Shown here piece after piece: positions 9,677 to 21,686 of a stretch of 64,000 nt of DNA. The notes under the pieces were generated by a model that was given only the letters and a program-made list of their open reading frames with translations, did not search any database and was not told the DNA's origin. How positions within the stretch are numbered: position 1 is the first letter of the stretch; the number at the start of each line of letters is the position of its first letter. Source of the stretch: Candidatus Thermoflexus tengchongensis (GTDB lineage: Bacteria > Chloroflexota > Anaerolineae > Thermoflexales > Thermoflexaceae). The stretch spans positions 26,371-90,370 of the forward strand of contig JAEVEX010000034.1 of NCBI GenBank assembly GCA_016842085.1. Direction: 5' to 3'. The translations under genes were made by a program, and so were the position numbers.

Positions 9677-9705
9677 CGCCCCTCCTCCCGGAGGGGCGTT
9701 TTATT
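9677..9705 (+). terminator. Second terminator-like hairpin
   Basis: CGCCCCTCC-tccc-GGAGGGGCG then TTTTATT. Confidence 0.6.
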
Positions 9706-9832
9706 GTCACCGGACAAACGCCGTCGGGCTCCGATCGAACAGGACGGGAGAGAAAAAGATTCTTCGAGGCCGGGTGGGCACCCTCTGCGCCGTGCTCGGC
9801 CCCATCCCTATCCAAACGGAAGGAGGACTCTG

Positions 9833-11023
9833 ATGCGCAATATCGTGGTTTCCGAGGCCAGCGGCCCTTACATCGAGGACCTCCCGGTCGAGATCGTCGA
9901 ACGGAAAGGCATTGGACATCCCGATAGCCTGTGCGACGGGATCGCCGAGCGCATCAGCCGGGAATACACTCGCTGGTGTGAGGAGCACCTCGGCGGGGCC
10001 CTCCACCATAACTTCGATAAGGTCCAGCTGGTCGCCGGCGAGGTCTCGGTCCGCTTCGGCGGCGGGGAGCTGCTCAAGCCCATCCGGATCCAGATCGCCG
10101 GACGTGGGACTCCCTTTTATAACGGCCAGGCGATCCCCATGGAGACCATCGCCATCGAGGCCGCGCGGGCCTACCTGCGGGAGACTATGCGCTATCTGGA
10201 TCCGGTGAAGCATGTCATCATCGACTGCTTCGCCGGGCGCGGCGCCAGCGAGCTCATCGATATCGTCCACCAGGTCACGGCCAATGACACCAGTTTCGGC
10301 GTTGCCCACTGGCCCCGCAGCGGCCTGGAGGAAGCCGTCTATCAGGCTGCCCATTATCTGAACTACGAGCTGATCAACCAGTTCCCCATCGGCGAGGACG
10401 TCAAGGTGATGGGGTTACGCCAGGGGAATCAGGTCATCCTGACAGTGGCCGTGCCCTTCATCGCCACCCGCGTCCACGATCCCGCTGAATACGAAGAGGC
10501 CAAGCGCGGCGTCCAGGAGGCGCTCCAGCGCTTCGTCTCCAGCCTGCCGGCCCTGGAAGGGCGGACCGTGCGGGTGGATGTGAACACCGCGGATCACGCC
10601 AAGCGGGGGGACTTCTATCTGACCCTGACGGGCACCAGCGCGGAAATGGGCGACGATGGGGCCGTTGGCCGGGGGAACCGCATCACGGGCCTGATCACCC
10701 CCTTCCGCTCCACAAGCCTGGAGGCCGCCGCGGGGAAGAACCCGATTTCCCACGTCGGGAAAGTCTACAACGTGCTGGCGCTGGAGATCGCCCGGGACAT
10801 CGTGGCCCGCCTGCCGGAGATCCAGGAAGCGACTGTGTATCTTCTCTCTCAGATCGGCAAACCGCTCGATCAACCCCTCATCGCCAACGCCGCCGTCCGG
10901 GTCCGCTCCGGCCAGCTCACCCCAGGGATCCAGGAGGCTGTGCGCGCGATCGTGGACGAACATCTATCCAACATCCATGTGGTACGTCGTAAGATCATCG
11001 CCGGAGAAGTTTCGCTGTTCTGA
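9833..11023 (+). CDS. metK: Methionine adenosyltransferase, archaeal-type family
   Basis: [56 protein letters not shown]; AGGAGG before ATG 9833. Confidence 0.92.
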   Translation: MRNIVVSEASGPYIEDLPVEIVERKGIGHPDSLCDGIAERISREYTRWCEEHLGGALHHNFDKVQLVAGEVSVRFGGGELLKPIRIQIAGRGTPFYNGQAIPMETIAIEAARAYLRETMRYLDPVKHVIIDCFAGRGASELIDIVHQVTANDTSFGVAHWPRSGLEEAVYQAAHYLNYELINQFPIGEDVKVMGLRQGNQVILTVAVPFIATRVHDPAEYEEAKRGVQEALQRFVSSLPALEGRTVRVDVNTADHAKRGDFYLTLTGTSAEMGDDGAVGRGNRITGLITPFRSTSLEAAAGKNPISHVGKVYNVLALEIARDIVARLPEIQEATVYLLSQIGKPLDQPLIANAAVRVRSGQLTPGIQEAVRAIVDEHLSNIHVVRRKIIAGEVSLF

Positions 11024-11142
11024 GTTCCCCTTTCCCCTCCATGGCTCGAAGCCGAGGGAAGGGAAAATGATTCGGGGGTTGGGGGTTGCCTTCGGCGACC
11101 TCCAACCCCTCACAGCTCCCTACGTCATAAAGAAGGGATTCG

Positions 11143-13122
11143 ATGGAATCTTCATCGGAGCCTGCGATGCCTCGTCACGCATGGACCCGCTGGATAGCAA
11201 TTGCAGGGCTGCTGTGGCTGGCCGCGCTCCTCCGCTGGACGGATCTCCCCCATCTTCCCTATGGGCTCTGGTATGATGAGGCCTATTACGGCCTGGATGC
11301 CCTGTGGGTTCTGGAAGGGCATCCGGCCCTCTTCTTCCCGGAGAACAACGGTCGTGAGCCCCTGTTTATCTACCTGGTCGCCGGCGCGATCGCTATCCTC
11401 GGCCCTACCCCATATGCGCTGCGGCTCACCGCCAGCATGATCGGCCTGCTCACCGTGGCGGCCACCTTCCGCATGGCCTGGACGCTCTCCCGGCACTGGG
11501 AGGTTGGGATGCTGAGCGGGATCCTTGTGGCCTTCCTGCTCTGGCCGCTGAACCTCAGCCGGGTGGGATTTCGAGCCGGGCTGTTTCCTCTGGCTGCAGC
11601 GCTCACCCTGTGGTCGTTTGCCCGGGCCGCTCGAAGCGGACGGGCTCGGGATTGGGCGATCGCCGGGCTTATCTGGGGAGGCGGGTTCTACACCTATCTG
11701 GCCGCCCGTATGACGATCTTTCCCATCGCGATGGGCCTGACTCTCGGACGCTGGCGGGATCCCCGGCGGTTTCCCCTCCGGGGCATCGCTCTCTTCCTGA
11801 TCAGCGCTGCGCTCACGGCTACTCCCCTGGCCATTTATTTCCTCCTTCATCCTTCAGACTTCATCCTGCGCGGGGAACAGACCTCCGCCTTTAACGGCCA
11901 GCGCCCCCCCTTTTCTGTCGCTCTGGAGCAGGCGGCACGGGTGGGGGGCATGTTCTTCATACGCGGCGATGACTATCCCCGGCATAACACGGACAGCCGT
12001 CCGGTCTTCGATCCGCTGCTCGCCTTTGCCTTCCTCGCCGGTGGGATCCAGGCCACGCGGCGGACTCCCTTCACGGCGATCTGGGGATTTCTCATGCTGC
12101 TTCCGACCTTCCTGTCGACGGAAGCACCGCACTATCTGCGAGCCAGTGGGGTGCTGCCAGTGGCGGCCTTCTGGGCTGCCACCGGCCTCTGGACGCTCTC
12201 CGGGATCGCCGGGCGATGGCTCCGGACCCCCTGGGGGCGCGCGGCGATCCTGGGGGGATGCCTGGGGCTCAGCTTCCCCTGGCACACGGTGGCTTACTTC
12301 GATCCCGCCTGGTGGGCTCAGGCACGCGTCCGGGGCGCTTTCTCCCTCGACTCCTGGGAAGCGGCGCAGGAGATCCGTTCGTTCCTGAACACCTATCCCC
12401 ATGGCACCGTGATCCTGTCAGAGCGCCTCTGGGCCGGACGGGCGGAGATGCGGTTCCTGCTCTGGAATCAACCGGCTGTGCGCATCCGCCATCTGGAGGA
12501 AGATCCACCAGAACCGCCCCCTCCCCCGGCCATGGTCGTCGGATGGCAATATGAACCGGTCCCCCTTCTGCGGCGCTGGCTCCCCCGCGAAGCCCTGATC
12601 TCCCTGCACGCTCCGGAGCCATGGCCCGGGGAGGACACCCCTCGATATCGGGCCATGTGGGCGGAACCCGCCGATCGAATGCGATCCAATCTACAGGCCG
12701 TTTTCGAGGATGGAATCGCCCTGAAAGGAGGGATCGCCCAGCGGAGCGGACGCCACCTCACGGTGATCCTGGATTGGGAAGCGATCGGGACGCCCTCCCG
12801 GGATTACAGCGTGTTTGTGCACATCTATCCGGAGGCGGAGGCCCGCCAGTGGCCCCCCGCTTCTCCCCCGGTTGCTCAACGGGATGGGGGGATCATGAAT
12901 GGAGCCTACAACACCGGGCTCTGGCAGCCCGGCGACCGGATTCGAGAGACCCGAACGGTGATCCTCCCGGAGTCCCTATCCAGGGCCCCGTTGAAGATCT
13001 GGGTGGGGCTTTATCGGTGGGAAGATGGGACCCGCCTGCGGGTCCAGGGAGGAGGAGAAGCCGTATCGATTCCGGTGGAAGAGGGGGCGGCGTCCCTCCC
13101 TCGTCGCTCCGGGGCGCGGTGA
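11143..13122 (+). CDS. GT39/PMT-ArnT-like membrane glycosyltransferase with extracellular C-terminal domain
   Basis: GLWYDEA, ENNGREPLF, multiple TM helices; C-terminal VFVH..QRDG..GAYNT..WQPGD domain. True start may be 11167. Confidence 0.8.
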   Translation: MESSSEPAMPRHAWTRWIAIAGLLWLAALLRWTDLPHLPYGLWYDEAYYGLDALWVLEGHPALFFPENNGREPLFIYLVAGAIAILGPTPYALRLTASMIGLLTVAATFRMAWTLSRHWEVGMLSGILVAFLLWPLNLSRVGFRAGLFPLAAALTLWSFARAARSGRARDWAIAGLIWGGGFYTYLAARMTIFPIAMGLTLGRWRDPRRFPLRGIALFLISAALTATPLAIYFLLHPSDFILRGEQTSAFNGQRPPFSVALEQAARVGGMFFIRGDDYPRHNTDSRPVFDPLLAFAFLAGGIQATRRTPFTAIWGFLMLLPTFLSTEAPHYLRASGVLPVAAFWAATGLWTLSGIAGRWLRTPWGRAAILGGCLGLSFPWHTVAYFDPAWWAQARVRGAFSLDSWEAAQEIRSFLNTYPHGTVILSERLWAGRAEMRFLLWNQPAVRIRHLEEDPPEPPPPPAMVVGWQYEPVPLLRRWLPREALISLHAPEPWPGEDTPRYRAMWAEPADRMRSNLQAVFEDGIALKGGIAQRSGRHLTVILDWEAIGTPSRDYSVFVHIYPEAEARQWPPASPPVAQRDGGIMNGAYNTGLWQPGDRIRETRTVILPESLSRAPLKIWVGLYRWEDGTRLRVQGGGEAVSIPVEEGAASLPRRSGAR

Positions 13123-13187
13123 GGGAGCTCGGCGGCGAGCCCACCCTGAGGATTGCCCGGATTTGGGGAATGAGCGATTTAAGGGCT

Positions 13188-13214
13188 GGGCGGGCCGCCT
13201 TCAGCGGCCCGCCC
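13188..13214. terminator. Hairpin between convergent genes
   Basis: GGGCGGGCCGC-cttca-GCGGCCCGCCC 11-bp stem. Confidence 0.5.
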
Positions 13215-13258
13215 CTTCCGAATTCATCCCTGCCGGCTGCCCTATGGATGCCGGGGGA

Positions 13259-16200
13259 TCACAACTCCTCGTGACGCTTCCCGGTCGGACGCTGGGCCGG
13301 GTTTTCCTCTGAGATCCAGGGGGTGGCTTCCCCTTTTCGCAAAAGGCGAACCCGGGCCCGCCGGGCGACCTCTACCAGCGTATGAAACACCGCATTCGGC
13401 ATGTCGGATTCCTGCAGCGCGGCCACCAGGGCCTGAACGGTTTCCACATCGCTGCCCACCCGGCGCAGGGCCTCCAGCGCCCGACCCCGAATGTAAGGAG
13501 GGATCTCCGGGTCCAGGGCGGCCGATACCAGCGCCTCTTCGAATTCCACGCTGGCGCTCGTGACCATCGCGTCCGCCGCCGCCCGGCGCAGGGACATGGG
13601 GGCCTCCGCGTTCCGGGCCAGGACCCAGAGGGCTGGGAAGGCCTCCGCCCCCCCATATTCTCCCAGCGTGCGCACAATGGCCTGGCGGACCGCTGGCTCC
13701 AGCGCGTTCTCGTGGGCGAGGCGGGCCAGCGGAGCAATCAGCGAGGGATCCCACAGGCTCCCCAGGCTTTCCGTCAGGCTTTGACGGATGGAGGGATCGA
13801 TCCGGGTATCCGAGAGCAAGGAGAGGATCTCCGAAGCAGCTGGACGATGGCGAAGGGTGGCCAGCGTGAGGGCGATGGCCCCTCGCACATGGGGATCGAT
13901 CCGCTCATCCCGCAACAACCACATCAACTCATCCCCCAGCTCCACGGCACCCAGCGCCCCGATCGCATCCGCGATGGATTGCCGCACGGAAGCGGGGATC
14001 CGCTCCTCCGGCAGGAGCTGGACCAGCGAGCGCATCACCTCCCGGTTCCCCAGCGTCCCCAGGGCATCGGCGATGGCCCGACGGGCGGTCACAGGCAGGT
14101 TTTCCTGACGGAGCAGCGGCACCAGCTCCACGGCCACCGCAGGATCCCGCATCAGACCGATGGCCAGAGCGGCCCGGGCCTGGATGAACGGATCCTCCAT
14201 AGGATCCCGCAGGAGATCCAGCAGGGCCCGGATGGCCGACGTGGCCTTCATCGTGCCCAGGGCCAGAGCGATCCGCTCCCGGATCGCGGAATCGGTCCCA
14301 CGATCCTGAAGCATGGTCAGGAGTTCCGGCACCACCGAGCTCTCTCCGATCGTTGCCAGCGCGTCCGGTACCAGCGCCCGCAGGGAAGGATGAACCTGGG
14401 GGTTTTTCAGGATCCGCAGCAGAAGCGGGATCGCACGACGATCCCGCAACAGACCCAGGGCTATGATCGCCTGGCGTTGCAGGATGAGCCGGGAGAAATC
14501 CTCCTGAACCCACGTGGCCAGGCCCGTCAACCGATCGATCCATTGGACCAGGAACGGCGGGAGGGTCCGAACCCGCGTCCATATGGAATCCAGCGCGCGC
14601 CGCCAGCGGCTTTCTCGAAGGAGGCCCATCAGCCACGGGATGATCGAAGGAAATCCCGCCTCGGCCAGGGCGTTGAGAAGAGCTGCCCGCAAACTGATGT
14701 CCAGATCGCGATCCTCAACCAGAGCTTGAAGGGTTTCCACCTGCCGGGGCTCGATCCATGCGCCGAGGATCCCAATGATCCGACGCCGGAATTCCACGGG
14801 CATATTGGGATCACGGATCAATGGGATCAGCTCATCGATCAGGCGGGCATCGCCCAGCGCCCGGAGAGCCTCCAGGAGAGCCTCTCGAATGGCCGGATTC
14901 AACCAGGGGAGGCCCAGGAGCTCCACCAGTGCCGGCCCCAGTGATCGATCCCCCATCCGCGCGATGGCCATCACCACCTTACGCCGGAGCTCCACGGCCA
15001 CGCTTTCATCCCCTACCAGATCCAGCAGGTCCCGGGCCAGAGGAGGATCACCCAGGTGCCCCAGCTGTTCGGCGATCTGTTCCCGCACCGGCCCGGGGAC
15101 ACGGGGATCCCGCAATGCCAGGGCCAGGACCCCGGCAGCCCGGGCCCCTTGCTCCCGGGCCAGTGCTTCCACAATGAACCCCCGCGTCCCGGTGGGGAGA
15201 TCCGGCCTGCGGAGCTGATCCGCCAGCCATTCCATCTGGCCAGGGATACGGGCCAGGATCGCAGCGGCCTCCTCCTGGAGGAGCGCATAAGGAGTGGTCA
15301 ACAGCAATGTGCGCAGACGCTCAACGATCCGATCCCGCAGCTCCACCTGCAGGTGCGGCGCTTCGATCAGACAGCGACCGGCCAGCCGGGTCCTCGAATA
15401 GAAGAAGTCATCTTCGGAATCCAGCAGGCGGGAAAGAAGCTCGCGAGCCATGGCTGGCTCTGCAAGGCCAGCAAACATCACCACCGCCTCATGCCAGTCC
15501 GGGTCATCGATCTGCCGCAACAACATGGCCCGCCGGCCCGGATCCGCCAGCGCCACACGAGCGCTCAGAGTGAACAGAAAGGCCGGCCGCAGGAAGGCGA
15601 GCGCGGGGCCTGGAGTGACCAGCCCACATCGCTCCCGCAGCCAGGCGAGGGCCAGACGGACCTGCGCGGGCTCGAAGCGCCCGTCGGATCGAAGCAGATC
15701 CGCCAGCCACTCCTCTGCCGATGCGGCGGGGAGGGAGGATCGCCGCAACAGGAGCATCGCCCATGCCAGGTTCTCCAGCGTGGCAAGTTTCAAAGGAGCA
15801 GGAAGCTCTTCCTCCACCGGGAGCGCCTGCGGGCGATCCAGCAAAACCCCGACCAGCTGCGAATAGAGGATCGAGCGGCGGGAAGGAAGGCCACCGTGTT
15901 GGGCGAAGACCGCGAGGAGCCCGGAAAGCAGCCAGGGGTTTCCAGCAAGGGCCATGCGTTCCGGATCCTCCTGAAGAGCCCGAAGGAACGCGCCGGGCCC
16001 TTCTCTGGACGCGATGAACCATTTCCCGGACCCCGTCGCTGCCTGCCAGCGCTCCGCCAGGGCCAGGATCTGCTCCTCCGTCCATGGATCGAGGGCGAAA
16101 CTGTGGAAACCTACCAGCTGGACCGCCTGCATAGCCCCTGCCGCGACAATCGAGCAACCCGTCCTCGCAGCCAGTCGCTCCAGCTCTTCGAGCAAAGCCG

Positions 16201-16933
16201 CTTCCGCGTCCGCACGCCCGCTTTGCCCAAACCCATCCACCAGCAACGCGCATCGGCCCTGCTGAAGCCATCGCTCCAGGATCTCCGCCGGGATCTGGAG
16301 AGCGCCACGGGTAGTGCGATACAGGCCATCGGCGAGCTGCTGGCTCAGCGGGACCTGAGGCCGATAATGGGCAACAGGCAACCAGAAGGGGATCTGATTC
16401 GTGAACGCCCGGCCCGGGGGAAGGAACTCGGTGGAAACCAGCGCTTGCAGAAGCGTCAGGAGAGGTCCAGAACGGCCCTGCGCTGCCTCTGACCAGCAAA
16501 GGGCCAGCATCTGGAGGAGCGTGGTCTTCCCGCCTCCTGGCTCCCCCACGATCCACCAGCGGATTCCCGTTTCGGGCTGGGAGGCGGCTTTCTGGAGGAC
16601 TCGCAACGGAGGGTTCACAAAGACCTGTCGAAGAGGAACCAGACCGATCTGACTGGATAGCGGGCCCGTTGCATGGGGAAGGACCGGCGGTGTTCTCAAA
16701 CAGGCGCGCTGGAACTTCGCCTCATGGAATGGCCCTCCCGCTCGAAGCTGGAGAGCGCCCCAGAGTCGGGGGAGGAGCATGGGGATCAATAACGTCAGCG
16801 CCGCGCCCAGGGCCGCCGCCAGAGCCAGCGCAATCCAGTTCATTTCCGGGATCGGTTGCCCCAGGAAAATCCCCCGGACCTCAGCAAGCCATCCATTCAG
16901 CATCGGTGCCGAATCTCCTCTCGAAAGGATCAT
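13259..16933 (-). CDS. NACHT (STAND) NTPase with N-terminal TM helix and C-terminal HEAT repeats
   Basis: Walker A GEPGGGKTTLL, NPWLL, RRSILY motifs; about 15 HEAT-like repeats (VRxxIAxALG). Start may be 16843 or 16903. Confidence 0.85.
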   Translation of the reverse strand: MILSRGDSAPMLNGWLAEVRGIFLGQPIPEMNWIALALAAALGAALTLLIPMLLPRLWGALQLRAGGPFHEAKFQRACLRTPPVLPHATGPLSSQIGLVPLRQVFVNPPLRVLQKAASQPETGIRWWIVGEPGGGKTTLLQMLALCWSEAAQGRSGPLLTLLQALVSTEFLPPGRAFTNQIPFWLPVAHYRPQVPLSQQLADGLYRTTRGALQIPAEILERWLQQGRCALLVDGFGQSGRADAEAALLEELERLAARTGCSIVAAGAMQAVQLVGFHSFALDPWTEEQILALAERWQAATGSGKWFIASREGPGAFLRALQEDPERMALAGNPWLLSGLLAVFAQHGGLPSRRSILYSQLVGVLLDRPQALPVEEELPAPLKLATLENLAWAMLLLRRSSLPAASAEEWLADLLRSDGRFEPAQVRLALAWLRERCGLVTPGPALAFLRPAFLFTLSARVALADPGRRAMLLRQIDDPDWHEAVVMFAGLAEPAMARELLSRLLDSEDDFFYSRTRLAGRCLIEAPHLQVELRDRIVERLRTLLLTTPYALLQEEAAAILARIPGQMEWLADQLRRPDLPTGTRGFIVEALAREQGARAAGVLALALRDPRVPGPVREQIAEQLGHLGDPPLARDLLDLVGDESVAVELRRKVVMAIARMGDRSLGPALVELLGLPWLNPAIREALLEALRALGDARLIDELIPLIRDPNMPVEFRRRIIGILGAWIEPRQVETLQALVEDRDLDISLRAALLNALAEAGFPSIIPWLMGLLRESRWRRALDSIWTRVRTLPPFLVQWIDRLTGLATWVQEDFSRLILQRQAIIALGLLRDRRAIPLLLRILKNPQVHPSLRALVPDALATIGESSVVPELLTMLQDRGTDSAIRERIALALGTMKATSAIRALLDLLRDPMEDPFIQARAALAIGLMRDPAVAVELVPLLRQENLPVTARRAIADALGTLGNREVMRSLVQLLPEERIPASVRQSIADAIGALGAVELGDELMWLLRDERIDPHVRGAIALTLATLRHRPAASEILSLLSDTRIDPSIRQSLTESLGSLWDPSLIAPLARLAHENALEPAVRQAIVRTLGEYGGAEAFPALWVLARNAEAPMSLRRAAADAMVTSASVEFEEALVSAALDPEIPPYIRGRALEALRRVGSDVETVQALVAALQESDMPNAVFHTLVEVARRARVRLLRKGEATPWISEENPAQRPTGKRHEEL

Positions 16934-17390
16934 CCGAGACGCCAGGAGCCCGGAGGGCGTATCTCCGGCTGCCCTCCAGATCCCCGGATTTCCCTATTCC
17001 ACCCCACAAATCGGGAAGCTCATTGCATATTTTGCTTATATTTTTCAAATCTGTCCATCTTCTTCTTGAAAACCGATGGCAAGCGCGCGAAAGATATGGT
17101 TAAATTGGTTTAACTTCTGGTGCAACCGGGGGAGTTATCCAGGAGATCGGCTTGGTGAGGATCGGGAGATCTGCCCTCCCTCCTTCTGACTTTTTGAGCC
17201 GCAGGATAAATGGAAGCGAGCGGAGCACCGAAGACGCTCCGCTCGCCCCCCAACATTTCCCTGTCCGTGGTCCAGCGGGCTGTGGGAAGGGAGAATCCTC
17301 CGATGCCAGCAGGGCCCTTTTGAAGCAGATCGAAGGTGTAGACGCCAGTGCTCCGGGTGAGCTTCCGTCGCTTGCGAAGGGAGAGGGCGC

Positions 17391-19517
<2,127 letters not shown>

Positions 19518-19694
19518 TTAACTCAAATTGCAAGCCCGCGCCGGGCACCCCCCATGGAATGCCCGGCGAATGGAGCAGGACATCTGCTGTGACGTCTCCC
19601 TCCGGTATGGAGGACCCACGGGAAAATCCCCTCCGCAACCGGGATCCCTTCAGACAGTGCCCAGGCCCAGCCCTCTCCAAATCCCCTGTGGCCC

Positions 19695-19746
19695 CCTTAT
19701 GAAATCCGCATAAGGACTTGACTTTTTCGGTAAATGTGTTTAAAAT
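19695..19746 (+). promoter_or_regulatory. Sigma70 promoter with adjacent palindrome
   Basis: TTGACT(19718)-17 nt-TAAAAT(19741); CCTTATG-N7-CATAAGG immediately upstream. Confidence 0.55.
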
Positions 19747-19772
19747 TTTGAAACGATAGGTTCATATTTTCG

Positions 19773-20171
19773 ATGGAGATCAGGATGACGATGTGGATTG
19801 GCGTCTGCCCGGTGTGCGGGGAGGGGCTGGAAGTTGTGGCGCTGCAGTGCCCGGCCTGCGAGACGCGGATCGAGGGGCGGTTTCGGCTGGGCCGGCTGGC
19901 CCGGCTTTCCGCTGAACAGCTGGCCTTTGTAGAGCTCTTCCTGCGATGTGAGGGGAAATTCACCCGCCTGGAGAGCATGACTGGCCTCTCCTATCCCACG
20001 CTGCGCAAGCGCCTTCAGGAGATCCTGCGGGCCATGGGGTATGAGACGGAGGCTGAGGGGCCTCTTGGTCCGGAGGAGCGTCTGCAAATCCTGGAGGCGC
20101 TGGCGGAGGGTCGGATTTCTTACGAAGAGGCCCTCCGACGATTGCGCGGGGCGGGATCTTCGGAGGGATGA
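19773..20171 (+). CDS. DUF2089-family Zn-ribbon/HTH protein
   Basis: CPVCG..CPAC, FVELFLRCEG...GLSYPTLRKRL, C-terminal ILEALAEGRISYEEA. Confidence 0.85.
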   Translation: MEIRMTMWIGVCPVCGEGLEVVALQCPACETRIEGRFRLGRLARLSAEQLAFVELFLRCEGKFTRLESMTGLSYPTLRKRLQEILRAMGYETEAEGPLGPEERLQILEALAEGRISYEEALRRLRGAGSSEG

Positions 20172-21148
20172 TCATGGTTCGCGTCGCAGGCCGGGAAGCG
20201 ACGAGCGGGTTGCGTCCCGCCGATGTGCGACGGGACTTGCGGGGAATCGCCGATCTGCTGGAAGAAGCCTTCGCCAGCGAGCTGGATGAAATCGGCCAGC
20301 GGATCATCCGGGAAATGCGTTTCTGGTCCCACCTGGGATGGTTGCTGAAGGGTCTGGAATGGTTCCTCCCGCCTGGGGAGACCTTTGTGCCAGGCTATGT
20401 GTGGGTGGAAGGCAGGCGTGTCGTGGGCTACGCCATGGTCCGCCGCTTCCGGCCGGGCCTGGAAGGCTGGCTGATCGCCAATGTGGCGGTGGCCCCGGAA
20501 TTCCGGGGAAGGGGGATCGGCCGAGCGCTGGTCTCTGCCTGTCTGGAATATGCCCGGGCCCATGGGGCCCAGTGGGCCGCCCTGCAGGTTCGAGCGGACA
20601 ACACCCCGGCCCTTCGGCTGTATCGATCGCTGGGATTCGTCGAGATCGGGCGGATTCAGATCTGGCGTCGGGAGGCCTGGCGCGCACCGTTCCTCCCGAC
20701 CCTGTCCTCCGGGATCCCTGGCTATCGGGTGCGGCCTGCCCGACCTGGAGAGGCATCCACCCTCTCTGCCTGGATCGCTGCGGCGGAGAATCCGGCGATG
20801 CGGTTATTTGAACCTCTGGGCCTGCTTCCGATGACCCTGGCCCCCTGGCCCTTCAGCCAGCGCTGGAAAACCCTCTGGATGCTTGAAACCGAAGGCGGGG
20901 AGATCGTGGCCATCGCCGTCTGGATCCGACGGGAAGGCGCGCTGACCCTGCGGGCCTTTCTCGCTGGCTCCGGAACCCCTCAGCACGCCCGGTGGCTGGT
21001 GGAGACCGCCCTGATGGGGATCCCACCCAGGCTTCCCGTGATGGCCCTTACCGGCGAGGAACCGGCGCTCTCCGCAGCCCTGCTCTCCCTCGGCTTCCAG
21101 CCAATCCGCACCCTGATCGGGATGCGCTGCGACCTGAAGGCGGGATAG
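20168..21148 (+). CDS. GNAT-family acetyltransferase
   Basis: IANVAVAPEFRGRGIGRAL, NTPALRLYRSLGF. Confidence 0.85.
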   Translation: MIMVRVAGREATSGLRPADVRRDLRGIADLLEEAFASELDEIGQRIIREMRFWSHLGWLLKGLEWFLPPGETFVPGYVWVEGRRVVGYAMVRRFRPGLEGWLIANVAVAPEFRGRGIGRALVSACLEYARAHGAQWAALQVRADNTPALRLYRSLGFVEIGRIQIWRREAWRAPFLPTLSSGIPGYRVRPARPGEASTLSAWIAAAENPAMRLFEPLGLLPMTLAPWPFSQRWKTLWMLETEGGEIVAIAVWIRREGALTLRAFLAGSGTPQHARWLVETALMGIPPRLPVMALTGEEPALSAALLSLGFQPIRTLIGMRCDLKAG

Positions 21149-21245
21149 CGGGGGGCTATTTCCCAGAGATATCCCGGGGTAGGCTTGCTTCCGACGCGCC
21201 CATCCACCTTATGATCCAGACCTTTTCGGTTCTCGGGAGGTTACG

Positions 21246-21614
21246 ATGGCACGGGATGAAGAGCGTTTACGGATTCTGAAGATGATCGAAGCTGGCCAGA
21301 TCACCGCGGAACAGGGCCTGGAGCTGCTGAAGGCGCTCCAGGAAGCCGAAGCGGCCCCAGAGTCCTCTGGTCCCTCCGCGCGCTGGCTGCGGATCCGGGT
21401 AACGGATGTGGCCTCCGGGCGCCAGCGGGTTCACGTGAGCATTCCCCTGAGTCTGGCGGATCTGGGCCTCCGGATCAGCGGACGCTTCATCTCCGGGATC
21501 CCCGGGGGGCAACTTCAGGAGTTGCTGGAGCACCTGCGAAAAGGAGTGGCTGGAAAGCTGGTGGAAGTGGTGGATGAAGAAGAGGGAGAGCGCGTGGAGA
21601 TCACTGTGGAATAA
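21246..21614 (+). CDS. SHOCT-like/YvlB-N domain protein, typical DUF2089 partner
   Basis: EERLRILKMIEAGQITAEQGLELLKAL; C-terminal LVEV.DEEEGERVEITVE. Confidence 0.75.
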   Translation: MARDEERLRILKMIEAGQITAEQGLELLKALQEAEAAPESSGPSARWLRIRVTDVASGRQRVHVSIPLSLADLGLRISGRFISGIPGGQLQELLEHLRKGVAGKLVEVVDEEEGERVEITVE

Positions 21615-21686
21615 GCGCGTGGCCATCGGGTTTCCCTGAGGGCGCCGGGGGCGGGCCGGCCGCCTTCGGCGGCCCCCACTCGCAGG

